Shown: positions 43,008-53,487, numbered from the stretch's first letter. The stretch is 54,218 nt of DNA from Alphaproteobacteria bacterium (GCA_028599125.1 JAQRMX010000032.1:1-54218), one strand, 5' to 3'. The notes: generated by a model from the sequence alone, not told the origin. Translations and numbers: made by a program.

Positions 43008-44546
43008 ATGAAGTTTCATGTGCGAAATTCTGAAAAGGTAAGGTGTGTTCCTGCTTCTTGTCTCTTAAAGACGTTTGCGTTTGCGTTTTTGTTTTTTTGT
43101 GCTGTCCCGTTCGCCCAGGCGGAGGCGGTCCGTGTGCCCCGAATTTTGCGTCTGGGGATGGTGCTTGAACCACCCCATCTTGATCCGACGATAGGTGTTG
43201 CCGGTGCCGTTGACGAAATTGTCCATGCTAATATTTTTGAGGGTCTGACACGGCTTAATCCGGCAGGTGAAGTCAGGGCTTCTCTTGCCCGTAGCTGGTA
43301 TATTTCTGATGATGGACTGGAGTATGTTTTTTCCCTTCGAAGAGGGGTTCGCTTCCATGACGGGAGCATATTTGATGCGCATGATGTTAAATTTTCTCTG
43401 GACCGTGCGCGTGCGGGCAGCTCAGTCAACGGGCAAAAGGATTTGTTTTCGGATATTCTTTCCGTAGACGTGATTGATGCGCTGACTGTGCGCGTTCGCT
43501 TGATTCGAGCCAATGCCGATTTTCTTTACAATATGGCCTGGGGAAATGCGGTCATTGTAAATCCAAAAACTGCGTCTCAAAATGCATTTCATCCGGTTGG
43601 GACAGGTCCCTTTGCCTTTTCCCGATGGGTACGTGGCGATCATGTGACTCTTGTGAAGTCTCCTTCTTATCAGGGGCCTTCGATCAGACTGGACCGAGTG
43701 GATTTCAGATTTATCCCTGACCCTGCTGCTGCGTTTTCAGCCATGATGGCAGGAGATTTGGATGCTTTTCCGCGCTTTCCTGCCCCGGAGCTTCTTCCTA
43801 GATTCACTTCTGATCCCCGTTTTTCCGTGATTGTCGGAACAACGGAAGGAGAAGTCATTCTTTCCATTAATAATGGTCGTTCTCCTTTCAGGGACATACG
43901 GGTTCGCCGAGCCATTGCCCATGCTATTGATCGGCGTGCGGTCATCAAGGGAGCTGTTTTTGGCTATGGTGTCCCGATAGGCACCCATTTTGCGCCACAT
44001 CATCCTGCTTATGTGGATTTGACGTCTCTCTCTTCTTATGATCCTGTTCGGTCAGGTTTTCTCCTTTCTAAAGCGGGTTTTTCGGATGGTTTTGAGACAA
44101 CGCTGATCTTACCTCCTCCTATTTATGCCCGTCGGGCAGGAGAGGTGATTGCCGCGCAGCTCCGCGCTGTTGGGATAAGAGCGCGGATTATCAACATGGA
44201 ATGGGCACAGTGGCTTGAGCGCGTTTTTGAGAGGAAGGATTTTGATCTGACTGTCATTGCACACACAGAAGCGATGGATATCGGTATTTATGCACGTCCG
44301 GATTATTATTTTCAGTATAAAAATAGTGAATTTCAGAAGCTCATGAAGTCTTTAAAGGAGATGACCGATCCATCACGGCGTCGTTTTATTTTACAACAGG
44401 CACAGAAAAAGATTGCGGTTGATTATGTCAATGCTTATCTTTTTCAGGTTTCCAAGATTGGTGTTTCCAATGTTAAGCTCAGGGGATTATGGCGGGATTC
44501 GCCCCTTCAGTTGAATGATTTGACATCTGTTTACTGGGGGGATTGA
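43008..44546 (+). CDS. Peptide/nickel ABC transporter substrate-binding protein (family 5)
   Basis: EPPHLDP, IFEGL, LARSW, LRRGVRFHDG, PVGTGPF, VRRAIAHAIDR. Confidence 0.93.
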   Translation: MKFHVRNSEKVRCVPASCLLKTFAFAFLFFCAVPFAQAEAVRVPRILRLGMVLEPPHLDPTIGVAGAVDEIVHANIFEGLTRLNPAGEVRASLARSWYISDDGLEYVFSLRRGVRFHDGSIFDAHDVKFSLDRARAGSSVNGQKDLFSDILSVDVIDALTVRVRLIRANADFLYNMAWGNAVIVNPKTASQNAFHPVGTGPFAFSRWVRGDHVTLVKSPSYQGPSIRLDRVDFRFIPDPAAAFSAMMAGDLDAFPRFPAPELLPRFTSDPRFSVIVGTTEGEVILSINNGRSPFRDIRVRRAIAHAIDRRAVIKGAVFGYGVPIGTHFAPHHPAYVDLTSLSSYDPVRSGFLLSKAGFSDGFETTLILPPPIYARRAGEVIAAQLRAVGIRARIINMEWAQWLERVFERKDFDLTVIAHTEAMDIGIYARPDYYFQYKNSEFQKLMKSLKEMTDPSRRRFILQQAQKKIAVDYVNAYLFQVSKIGVSNVKLRGLWRDSPLQLNDLTSVYWGD

Positions 44547-44657
44547 GTCCGGAAAGATTGTGGAATTCCTTGTGCTGCGGTTATTCCCCTGCTGCCGCTT
44601 AATATTTCGCCTCGGATGGGGAGGAGGGGTATCTGTAACGGGAGGCGTTTGGAGGAG

Positions 44658-45608
44658 ATGCTGCATTTTTTCTGGTGGCGTTTCATTTCATTGCTGTTCA
44701 GCCTTGCGTTTGCCAGCATTGTCATATTTTTTATTCTGGACACTCTGCCCGGTGATCCCGCTGCTTTTATGCTCGGGTTAAATGCAACGGAAGAAACTAT
44801 TGGGGCGTTGCGTGAAAAGCTTCATCTTGATGTATCTGCGGTGCGTCGTTATTTTATCTGGATCGGGAGTCTCCTTACAGGAGATTTCGGTATGAGTCAC
44901 ACCTATCAGGTCCCCGTTTGGGAATTGATAAAGGAACGTATTTTTGTTTCCTTCCCTCTTGCTTTTTATGCTTTGCTTCTTTCCATTTTTATCGGTTTTC
45001 CGCTTGGGGTTCTCGCAGCGCAATGCAACCAAACATTTTTGGGTACAGTGATTATCGGTACAAACCAGCTTGGGGTTTCTGTTCCTGAATTCTGGTTTGC
45101 GATACTTCTGGTTTTTATTTTTTCGATTTTACTGAGTTGGTTTCCTTCCGGGGGCTTTCCCGGTTGGTCTGAGGGGTTTCTTCCCGTCATGAAGTCTTTA
45201 TTTCTTCCTGCGGTTGCGCTCTCTTTTTCACGTTTGTCTGTTCTTGCAAGAGTGGTTCGCTTTTCATTACAGGAGGCAATGTCACAGGATTACTTTCGTA
45301 CAGCTCTGGCCAAAGGTGTCCCGCGCTCACGGGCGATCTGGTACCATGCATTGAGGAATGCAATTATCCCTTTGATCAGTATTCTTGGTTTGCAATTTTC
45401 GTCCTTACTTGCCGGTGCGATCGTTATTGAGAATGTATTTTTTCTTCCTGGTCTGGGGCGCCTTGTTTTTCAGGCTGTCACGCAACGGGATTTGATTGTT
45501 GTCAGAGGGGTTGTTATGCTGATCACATTTGCAGTGATTGTCGTCACGTTCCTAGTTGAGCTTTCCTGTGCGGCCCTGGATCCGCGTTTGAGGAAAAGGA
45601 TATGCTGA
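44658..45608 (+). CDS. Peptide ABC permease (DppB/OppB-like)
   Basis: LPGDPA, GDFGMS, EAA-like QDYFRTALAKG, HALRNA, IENVFFLPGLG. Confidence 0.93.
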   Translation: MLHFFWWRFISLLFSLAFASIVIFFILDTLPGDPAAFMLGLNATEETIGALREKLHLDVSAVRRYFIWIGSLLTGDFGMSHTYQVPVWELIKERIFVSFPLAFYALLLSIFIGFPLGVLAAQCNQTFLGTVIIGTNQLGVSVPEFWFAILLVFIFSILLSWFPSGGFPGWSEGFLPVMKSLFLPAVALSFSRLSVLARVVRFSLQEAMSQDYFRTALAKGVPRSRAIWYHALRNAIIPLISILGLQFSSLLAGAIVIENVFFLPGLGRLVFQAVTQRDLIVVRGVVMLITFAVIVVTFLVELSCAALDPRLRKRIC

Positions 45609-46474
45609 GACCTTTCCTAACTCCCGTAGGGAACCCCGGCTTTCGATTTTTTTCTGATCTTCCTTTGTCTCTTTTGTTCGGTGGTGTCTTGTTTCTGATT
45701 TTTGCCTTTTCTGCGTTTTTATCACTTTTTTGGCTCCCTTATGACGTTACCCATCTGGAGATTTCTTTTCGATTTCAGGGGCCCTCCCTTGCGCATTGGT
45801 TGGGTACGGATCATTTTGGCCGTGATATTTTGTCAATGCTGATCTCCGGGGCCAGCGTGTCTTTGGGGGTTGCGGTTTTTTCTGTTTTTATCGGCGTTAT
45901 GATCGGCGTGCCTCTTGGTTTGACGGCAGCCGCGCGTTACCATTGTTTACCGGATGAAATCATTATGCGTGGCAGTGATTTAATGCTTGCCTTTCCATCT
46001 CTAGTGAGCGCGATTCTGATTACTGCAGTCTTTGGTCCCAGTGTACTCAATTCAATCATCGCGATTGGTATTTTTAATATTCCTGTTTTTCTACGCCTCT
46101 CTCGTGCTAAGGGCCTTCATTTGTGGGAAAGTGGTTTTGTTAAGGCCGCTCGTATGTGTGGGAAGGGGGCCTTTCGCATTTCTCTGGAGCATATTTTACC
46201 GAATATTGCGCCCTTTCTCATCATACAAGGCACGCTTCGCTTTTCCCTGTGTATTTTAGGGGAAGCTACGCTTTCTTACCTGGGTCTGGGTGCTCATCCT
46301 CCGCTTTCATCCTGGGGACGGATGCTGTCAGAAGCGCAGACATTTATTACACTGGCCCCTCATACGGCTTTTGTGCCTGGTATAACGATTGTCTTGTGTG
46401 TTTTAAGCGTGAATCTTGTAGGGGAAGGCTTGCGTGAGCTTTTTGATTCACAACGAGTCCGGCCGCGTTCCTGA
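45602..46474 (+). CDS. Peptide ABC permease (DppC/OppC-like)
   Basis: HWLGTDHFGRD, HILPN, EATLSYLGLG, SWGRML. Confidence 0.93.
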   Translation: MLRPFLTPVGNPGFRFFSDLPLSLLFGGVLFLIFAFSAFLSLFWLPYDVTHLEISFRFQGPSLAHWLGTDHFGRDILSMLISGASVSLGVAVFSVFIGVMIGVPLGLTAAARYHCLPDEIIMRGSDLMLAFPSLVSAILITAVFGPSVLNSIIAIGIFNIPVFLRLSRAKGLHLWESGFVKAARMCGKGAFRISLEHILPNIAPFLIIQGTLRFSLCILGEATLSYLGLGAHPPLSSWGRMLSEAQTFITLAPHTAFVPGITIVLCVLSVNLVGEGLRELFDSQRVRPRS

Positions 46475-48036
46475 TGTCTCTTTCTGTTGAACATTTTTCT
46501 TTATCCATTGGTAAAAAAATGATTTTGCAAGACATTTCCTTTTCCGTTTCTCCCGGTGAGGTTGTGGTTCTTGTGGGAGAGAGCGGATGTGGAAAATCCA
46601 TGACAGCCCTTGCCATTATGCGTCTTTTATCAGAGGCGTGTGTTGAGACAGGCCGTATCATTCTGGATGGAAATGATTTGTGCCGCTGTCGCGATCCGGA
46701 GCTTTTCCGTATTCGTGGCCGTGATATTTCAATGATTTTTCAGGAACCGATGACGGCTCTTAATCCTCTTATGACTATTGGAAATCAGGTTGCGGAAGCG
46801 CTTCTTGTTCATTGTCAGGCTTCCCATATTGATGCCCTGCATATTGCCTGCAAGACTCTTGCAGAAGTGGGGTTTCAGGGGGCTTCAGATTTTTTAGGTC
46901 GCTACCCTCATGAATTGTCCGGAGGGCAACGCCAGCGTGTCTGTATGGCAATGGCCATTGCTTTATGCCCCCGTTTTCTTCTTGCTGATGAGCCAACAAC
47001 AGCTCTGGATGCGGTGTCGCGATTACATATTTGCAAGCATCTCCGCGCCCTTTCTGTTGAACAGGGTGTGGGAATTTTACTCATTACACATGATCTTGGT
47101 TTCGCGTCTGCGATGAGTAGCGATCAGGTTCTGATTTTGCGGACGGACGGTATTTTGGAAAGCGGGACGAAACAGTCTCTGTCTATGTTCATGCATCATG
47201 ATTGCGTTTCGGTTTCTGCCGATTTTCCTGCTTCTTTTCGTTCGTCTCTCCCGCCTGATCCCTCCTTGCCTCCTGTTCTTGAGGTTCGTGATGCGGTTTG
47301 TGAGTATGTTTCGTTCCCCTCTTCCTCTCTTTTTCCTTTTTTTGCGGTAAAAGATGTGAGTTTCAGTATTCGCAAAGGAGAGATTGTTGCTCTTGTTGGG
47401 GAGAGTGGCTGCGGAAAATCTACCCTGATGCGCGCTATTCTGGGATTGGAGACGCTAAGCGCTGGGTCTGTTCGTTTTGACGGAGCGCCGATTGATCTCA
47501 GTCGTCGAAAGGTTCAGGCCGTGTTTCAGGATCCTTATGATTCTTTCAACCCCCGTCACAGGGTTGATCGTTTGGTTTCGGAGCCTTTGTTTCTTCTTGA
47601 CCGGGACAGGAGCCTCTGTAGTGCGGAGCGTGCGATTCTTGTTGAGGAAATGCTTGAACTTGTGGGGCTGTCGGCATCAGACAGTCGCAAGTATATTCAT
47701 GAATTTTCTGGCGGCCAAAGGCAGCGAATCTCCATTGCAAGGGCCTTGATTCTTCGCCCTTTACTCATTGTTCTGGACGAAGCGACTTCTGCTCTTGATG
47801 TCCGCTCCCGCTCTCATATCCTTTCTCTCCTCTCGCGATTGTCATCCCATTTTTCAATGGCATATCTTCTTGTTTCGCATGATCTTTCGCTTGTTTCAGA
47901 GGTTGCAGACAGGGTCCTTGTGATGAAAGCGGGACGTCTTGTTGAAGAGGGAACAACGGCACAACTTTTCGCGCAGCCATCACATCCCTATACGCGTGAT
48001 TTGCTTGATGCGATGCGAAGCCTTGATAGAGGATAG
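46474..48036 (+). CDS. Fused double ABC ATPase (DppD/F-like)
   Basis: Two GESGCGKS Walker A motifs, two SGGQRQR signatures, HPYTR. Confidence 0.93.
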   Translation: MSLSVEHFSLSIGKKMILQDISFSVSPGEVVVLVGESGCGKSMTALAIMRLLSEACVETGRIILDGNDLCRCRDPELFRIRGRDISMIFQEPMTALNPLMTIGNQVAEALLVHCQASHIDALHIACKTLAEVGFQGASDFLGRYPHELSGGQRQRVCMAMAIALCPRFLLADEPTTALDAVSRLHICKHLRALSVEQGVGILLITHDLGFASAMSSDQVLILRTDGILESGTKQSLSMFMHHDCVSVSADFPASFRSSLPPDPSLPPVLEVRDAVCEYVSFPSSSLFPFFAVKDVSFSIRKGEIVALVGESGCGKSTLMRAILGLETLSAGSVRFDGAPIDLSRRKVQAVFQDPYDSFNPRHRVDRLVSEPLFLLDRDRSLCSAERAILVEEMLELVGLSASDSRKYIHEFSGGQRQRISIARALILRPLLIVLDEATSALDVRSRSHILSLLSRLSSHFSMAYLLVSHDLSLVSEVADRVLVMKAGRLVEEGTTAQLFAQPSHPYTRDLLDAMRSLDRG

Positions 48037-48187
48037 CAGGGGGGATATAGTTTTTTCGAAGATTATTATTTCATGTTACGCGGTGCCGTGGTTTCTATTT
48101 TTCCTGAATGCGCTAAGGAATGGCTGTTTAATTGTTCTGTCTGTTCAGATATGGATTATCCGTTAATTTTTTCCTGGGAGTTTTCAA

Positions 48188-49483
48188 ATGCTACTTCATC
48201 GGATAGCTTACAGTATTTCATGGGTAGTGCTTTGGCTTTCTTTTTTGTTTTGGGGAGGTATTTTCTGTTTTTTATCTCCAGTTCATGCAAGTCCCCCGGA
48301 TATTTCACTTATTGTTGAGCATTATGCAGATGTATCTCATGCTGTTTATGAGGATTCACTGCTCTCTGCGATTGCGCTGGATAAGGCAATTGCACATTTT
48401 GTTTCAGTACCTACTCCTGCATCGTTGACGGCGGCACGGGAGGCATGGAAAGAGGCACGGATTTTTTATGAACAAACGGAGGTGTTCCGATTTGGTAATC
48501 CGGTCGTTGATGCATGGGAGCCCCGTGTGAATGCATGGCCAATGGATGAAGGCCTGATTGATTATGTTAATCAAAGTTCTGTCATTTCGTCGCAGACGAA
48601 TTTGTTTTGGAATGCAAATGTCATCTCCAATGAAACGCTGAAGATTGGTGGCCGCATTATTGATGCGCGCGAAATCAGCCCTGAGTTTCTTTCGAAGACC
48701 TTGCATGAAATTGGAGGTCTGGAAGTCAATGTTGCCTCTGGCTACCACGCTATTGAATTTTTGCTTTGGGGGCAAGATCTGAGCCCTGAATCAGCGGGAA
48801 AACGTCCGGCGAGCGACTTTGATACCAATAATTGTACCGGAGGGCATTGTGACCGCCGGATTGCCTATCTGAAATCAGCGTCTGCACTGTTGCTAACAGA
48901 TTTGCGTGAAATGGTTACTAACTGGTCGTCTACAGGCGTTGCCCGTCAATCATTGCTTCAAGATTCAGTGGTTGGAATTCGTTCCATTTTGACGGGGATA
49001 GGGGCATTGTCCTATGGTGAACTAGCCGGAGAGCGCATGAAATTGGGTCTTTTGTTACACGCTCCCGAGGAAGAACATGATTGTTTTTCAGATGAAACTC
49101 CTGCCTCGCATTATTATAGTGTGCTGGGTATCCGCAATGTTTATCAGGGCCATTATGTTCGCCGGGATGGTCTCATTATTGACGGCCCGAGTCTTTCGCG
49201 TCTCATCCGATCATTTGCGCCTGGAGTTGACGCTGCACTGCATGTCGCTCTGGACAAGACGCTTGAAGCCATGGAGAATATTCGTAAGCGTGCGCTTCTT
49301 ACGGAGCATTACGACCAGATGATTTTGGAAGGCAATATTGAAGGAAATGCTGTCATTCAGGTGGCTATTGACCGTTTGATTGAGCAGAGCCAAATAATTG
49401 AAGAGATTGATATTCTTTTAGTCAAAAAATTTGAGCTCCCTTACTCCGATAGTCTGGATTCGCCTGACCGTGTGTTTCAATAA
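48188..49483 (+). CDS. Imelysin-family (peptidase M75 / IrpA-like) iron-regulated protein
   Basis: NAWPMDEGLIDYV, GYHAIEFLLWGQD (HxxE), GELAGERM, EEEHDCFSD; signal peptide. Confidence 0.92.
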   Translation: MLLHRIAYSISWVVLWLSFLFWGGIFCFLSPVHASPPDISLIVEHYADVSHAVYEDSLLSAIALDKAIAHFVSVPTPASLTAAREAWKEARIFYEQTEVFRFGNPVVDAWEPRVNAWPMDEGLIDYVNQSSVISSQTNLFWNANVISNETLKIGGRIIDAREISPEFLSKTLHEIGGLEVNVASGYHAIEFLLWGQDLSPESAGKRPASDFDTNNCTGGHCDRRIAYLKSASALLLTDLREMVTNWSSTGVARQSLLQDSVVGIRSILTGIGALSYGELAGERMKLGLLLHAPEEEHDCFSDETPASHYYSVLGIRNVYQGHYVRRDGLIIDGPSLSRLIRSFAPGVDAALHVALDKTLEAMENIRKRALLTEHYDQMILEGNIEGNAVIQVAIDRLIEQSQIIEEIDILLVKKFELPYSDSLDSPDRVFQ

Positions 49484-49498
49484 TCTAGGGATAAAAAA

Positions 49499-51004
49499 TT
49501 GGGAATGCTGCAGGTGTCACGATGGTTTTTTGGTCTTGCGCTCTGTTTTGCTCTTTTGGTTCCTCTTTTTAGCCTGACGGGTGAGGCGAAAAAGCTTTTT
49601 CGCTCTGATCTAGATGCTGGAACTCTAGTTCGCGTTAAGGCTGTGACGCGTCCAGTGGAAGATTTTAGTACTGCGGAGCCATTTGAAAATATGCCAGGTG
49701 GGGCAACAACGCAGAATACCCGTTTTGATCGGGATGCATTTTCTTTGCCTGCAGCGAATCTTTCGTTTCAAGGCCGTTTTGATTTTGCTTTGGGGAACGG
49801 GGGTTTTCGTAAATTATGGGTTTCTGCCCCTTCTTCAACTGCGGCTTCGGATGGTCTTGGCCCTCTTTTTAACTCCCGGAGCTGCCAGAATTGTCATTTG
49901 AAGGATGGACGTGGTCATCCCCCGTTGCCCGGCCTGTCATTTTCTGCACCGTCCTTTATCGTTGCTTTATCGATTCCTGATCCGGGTGGAGGTCAGCGTC
50001 CGGAACCTTCTTATGGAGTTCAATTACAGGATTTTGCTGTTTCCGGTGTACTTGCGGAAGGCTTCATTTCAGTAACTTATAAGGAGAAAAAAATTCTGCT
50101 TTCCGATGGTGAGTTTGTGAGCTTGCGTGTTCCTTCTTACCGTTTCACGCGTCTTGCCCATGGTCCTATGCGCGCTGATGTGATGTTTTCCCCGCGCGTT
50201 GCGCCACAAATGATAGGTCTTGGTCTTATTGAAGCGATTTGCGATGAGGATATTCTAGCAAAAGCTGATCAAGGAGATGCAGATAATGACGGCATATCTG
50301 GTGTTGTCTCTACGGTTGTACAGGCGAACCGTTATGGTTCCCGGATTGGCCGTTTTGGTCTAAAAGCCACGAAAGCAGGGGTTCGGCAACAAGTGGCGAC
50401 GGCGTTTTTTCAGGATATGGGTCTGAGTACCTCCTTGATTAATCGTCCGCATGGGGATTGTATGGAGGTACAAAAGGGCTGCCTTGCCGCACCTTCCGGC
50501 TCTGATGGTGGTGGGCCTGAGGTATCACCAGCCCTTTTTGAGCTTGTAGAATTTTATTCACGTCATCTTGCGGTCCCGGCAAGGCGTGGTGTATCTAATA
50601 AGCAAGTGCTAAGGGGCAAGGCTGTCTTTTATCGTAGTGGTTGTATTTCCTGCCACACACCTAAATATGTGACTTCAAATTCTCAAACTGTTCCGAAAGA
50701 GTTACGAAAGCAGCTTATTTGGCCTTATACTGACCTTTTATTGCACGATATGGGTGTTGATCTGGCAGATCATCGACCAGATGGGACGGCCACGGGCCGC
50801 GAATGGCGTACGCCTCCCTTATGGGGGATTGGATTAACGCGCTCCGTGAGTGGCCATACATTTTTTCTGCATGATGGTCGTGCCCGCAATCTTCTTGAAG
50901 CTCTGTTGTGGCATGGAGGCGAAGCCCGTAAATCACGTGAGGCTGTCATTGGCCTGAAAACAGAAGATCGGGCGGCTCTTCTACGGTTTTTGGAATCATT
51001 ATGA
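49499..51004 (+). CDS. Di-heme oxidoreductase family protein (DUF1111/DHOR)
   Basis: DGLGPLFN, CQNCH and CISCH heme motifs, YTDLLLHDMG, WRTPPLWGIG, LHDGRAR, WHGGEA. Confidence 0.93.
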   Translation: MGMLQVSRWFFGLALCFALLVPLFSLTGEAKKLFRSDLDAGTLVRVKAVTRPVEDFSTAEPFENMPGGATTQNTRFDRDAFSLPAANLSFQGRFDFALGNGGFRKLWVSAPSSTAASDGLGPLFNSRSCQNCHLKDGRGHPPLPGLSFSAPSFIVALSIPDPGGGQRPEPSYGVQLQDFAVSGVLAEGFISVTYKEKKILLSDGEFVSLRVPSYRFTRLAHGPMRADVMFSPRVAPQMIGLGLIEAICDEDILAKADQGDADNDGISGVVSTVVQANRYGSRIGRFGLKATKAGVRQQVATAFFQDMGLSTSLINRPHGDCMEVQKGCLAAPSGSDGGGPEVSPALFELVEFYSRHLAVPARRGVSNKQVLRGKAVFYRSGCISCHTPKYVTSNSQTVPKELRKQLIWPYTDLLLHDMGVDLADHRPDGTATGREWRTPPLWGIGLTRSVSGHTFFLHDGRARNLLEALLWHGGEARKSREAVIGLKTEDRAALLRFLESL

Positions 51005-51070
51005 CTCTGAGGATGACTGTAAGCGCATCTGTAAGGGTGTTTTTTTTCTTTCTTTTTCTGTTTTATATTT

Positions 51071-51967
51071 TCACTCACTGTCTTTTTGTGAGAGCTTTCC
51101 CCCTCTTGAAGATGGCATGAGCTGCCAGATTATGCCCCCTTGTTTTCCTAAAAGAATTGAAGAAATACAGATCATACCAGCTATTAGCGTAATCGCCGGT
51201 CCGGCAGGTAAATCCAGATGGTAGGAGAGTATGAGGCCGCTATAAACGGAGATGATTCCGATCAGAATGCTGAAGATGATCATCCCGAACAGATCCTTTT
51301 TCCAAAATTGAGCACTGACAGCGGGCAGGACCATAATACCAACAGTCATCAATGTTCCCAGGGCATGAAAGCCAGAGACTAAATTTATGAGGAGCAGGCC
51401 GAGAAAAAAGATGTAAGTAAAATGCGACGACCTTCCTTCCACCAGATAAAGAAATTCAGTGTCAATGCTGTCAATGACGAGTGGTCGGAAAAGGATCAAT
51501 AGCCCGCAGATGGTGATGATAGCAGCGCTGATAAGGATGAAGAGTGCCATATTGTTGAGCGTCAGGATCGAACCAAATAGGATGTGTAAAAGATCTTCAG
51601 GTGAATGCTGGAGAGAGAGAAGTATGATCCCTAAGGCGAAGGCGATGAGATGGAAGGAGGCGAAAGTTGCCTCTTCCTTTATTGGCGTGATGTGTGCGGT
51701 TAGACTGGCGAGGACTGCGACAGCAAATCCGATCAGGAAGCCCCCAATGGTCATAGCGGTTACAGAAATTCCGGCAAAGAGATAGCCAAGCGCGACCCCG
51801 GGAAGGATCGCATGGCTCATAGCTTCTCCCATCAAGCTCATACGTCGCAAGGTTAAAAAGACCCCGATGGGAGGTGCACTTATTGCTATTGCAACGCCGC
51901 TGATGATCGCGCGTCTCATGAACGTGAACTCGGCAAAGGGCAAAATCAGAAAATCATAAAGATTCAT
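51071..51967 (-). CDS. Zn/Mn ABC transporter permease (AztB/ZnuB-like)
   Basis: FMRRA, GVFLTLRRMSLMGEAMSHAILPG, LLHILFGS, PAGPAI. Confidence 0.92.
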   Translation of the reverse strand: MNLYDFLILPFAEFTFMRRAIISGVAIAISAPPIGVFLTLRRMSLMGEAMSHAILPGVALGYLFAGISVTAMTIGGFLIGFAVAVLASLTAHITPIKEEATFASFHLIAFALGIILLSLQHSPEDLLHILFGSILTLNNMALFILISAAIITICGLLILFRPLVIDSIDTEFLYLVEGRSSHFTYIFFLGLLLINLVSGFHALGTLMTVGIMVLPAVSAQFWKKDLFGMIIFSILIGIISVYSGLILSYHLDLPAGPAITLIAGMICISSILLGKQGGIIWQLMPSSRGGKLSQKDSE

Positions 51968-51987
51968 GTCTATACAGGACCATATGT

Positions 51988-52716
51988 TTAGGAGAGAATA
52001 GATGGGTGATACGTGAAGGTGCAGGGGTTGGGATTTATGTCTGAATATTTCGATAGAACGTCTTCCGTGCGTCCCCAAGAAACGAGGCTGTGATTGATAA
52101 TCAGTGTTTCAGGGATATATGTCCTTACGAAATTAATATCGTGAAGGACGGTCAGGATTGTTCGTCCTTCTTTATGCCATTTTTTGAGAAGTGACAGGAA
52201 AGTCTGTATGTTTTTTTGATCAAGGGAGCTAAAGGGTTCATCAAGGAGGATGAGGGGGGCATCCTGGAGTATTATGCGTGCAAGAAGCGTGGCTTGCATT
52301 TGTCCTCCGGAAAGGATATTGATCGGCTCGGCTTTCAGGGCCGTAAGGCCAACGATGTCCAGGGCCTCTTCGAGCTTTTTTTTCATTCCGTGGTCAATTT
52401 TTCGACAAATTCCAATCTGTTTCCACAGGCCCATAGCTGCGAAATCACTGACGGTGACCGGGAAGCTTTTCCTGATCTGTATCTGCTGTGGGAAATAGGC
52501 GCAATCACCTCTTTTTCCTTCCTGGAAAATGATCTTGCCACTAAGGGGCCGCAAGATACCGATTATTGTCTTGAGAAAGGTTGATTTACCTGCTCCATTA
52601 GGCCCTAGAATCGCTGTAAAGCTGCCGCATTTCACCTTTCCTGTGATCTTTTGTAAGATGATGTTTTTTTTATAGCCAAGTGCAAGATATTTAAATTCAA
52701 TGGATGTGCCCATCAT
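51988..52716 (-). CDS. Zn/Mn ABC transporter ATP-binding protein (AztA/ZnuC-like)
   Basis: GPNGAGKS, LSGGQ, LLDEPF, VLHD. Confidence 0.92.
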   Translation of the reverse strand: MMGTSIEFKYLALGYKKNIILQKITGKVKCGSFTAILGPNGAGKSTFLKTIIGILRPLSGKIIFQEGKRGDCAYFPQQIQIRKSFPVTVSDFAAMGLWKQIGICRKIDHGMKKKLEEALDIVGLTALKAEPINILSGGQMQATLLARIILQDAPLILLDEPFSSLDQKNIQTFLSLLKKWHKEGRTILTVLHDINFVRTYIPETLIINHSLVSWGRTEDVLSKYSDINPNPCTFTYHPSILS

Positions 52717-52906
52717 GATGCTCCTCTGTTAACACCACGATAGGGCGGTCAAAAGCAGGTCGATCAAAAAATAAGGCGATCAAAAGCATAAAGATCGGGA
52801 TGAGTGCAAAGCTGAGCCTCTGGCTCAGACTAAGCTGAAACAGTGAGAAAGGTGCGTGGGAGGAGTCTGCTTGACGTAATATGTCGTGAGATGGTTTTTC
52901 TTTCAT
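52697..52906 (-). CDS. Small single-TM membrane protein in the metal ABC operon
   Basis: FSLFQLSLSQRLSFALIPIFMLLIALFF; fills the gap between zur and the ATPase, overlapping the latter; His-rich C-terminus. Confidence 0.6.
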   Translation of the reverse strand: MKEKPSHDILRQADSSHAPFSLFQLSLSQRLSFALIPIFMLLIALFFDRPAFDRPIVVLTEEHHDGHIH

Positions 52907-52918
52907 GATTTTGTCTTT

Positions 52919-53362
52919 TCATTTTTTCTCGCGGCAGGGCATGCAACTACCGTGTAGCTCTACAACACTGTCACTTACAGTGAAGCCCAGTTGTTCAACA
53001 GTACGGGAGAGTTGATTCATGAGTTTTGAGTCGACCAGCTCAAGTACGGAACCGCAGGAATTGCACATTGCAAAAATGGGATGAATGTCATCTTGGTGCA
53101 CATGCTTTTCATTGCAGGCGACAAAAGACCTTGTTCTTTCAAGACGATGAGTCAGTCCACGTTTCCGAAGTCCATTGAGGGCACGATAGACCGTTGGTGC
53201 ACGGAAGCCACGATCACGCAATATATCCAGTAATTCATAGGCTGTAAGTGTCGTTTTTGCGCTTTTCAGGGAGGACAGCACTAGGTGCTCATTTCGGGAA
53301 AGACCTTCTTTCACTTTTGCAAATGAGCTTATTTCATTCTTCAATATATCCTGTGTCTCCAT
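52919..53362 (-). CDS. zur: Fur-family zinc uptake regulator
   Basis: TAYELLD, PTVYRAL, HRLE...FVAC, CNSC and HGSCMPC zinc sites; heads a metal ABC operon. Confidence 0.88.
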   Translation of the reverse strand: METQDILKNEISSFAKVKEGLSRNEHLVLSSLKSAKTTLTAYELLDILRDRGFRAPTVYRALNGLRKRGLTHRLERTRSFVACNEKHVHQDDIHPIFAMCNSCGSVLELVDSKLMNQLSRTVEQLGFTVSDSVVELHGSCMPCREKK

Positions 53363-53467
53363 AGTTCATGAACGCCTTCTGTCTGATAATTCTGTACGGG
53401 GTAAGAGGGGCACATTTCATAATCTCTTGACATGATTATGTCTATAATATCAGACTCCAATGTCTGT

Positions 53468-53487
53468 TTGTATATTATAACATACAA
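53468..53487. promoter_or_regulatory. Candidate Zur box overlapping the zur operon promoter
   Basis: Near-palindrome TTGTATATTATAACATACAA (one mismatched pair). The minus strand reads ATGTTATAATATA inside TTGCAC-N17-TAATAT. Confidence 0.6.

Noticed and set aside
53428-53449. TTGACA and TATAAT on the + strand upstream of zur
   Set aside because: The spacing is only 10 bp, so it is not a sigma70 promoter.
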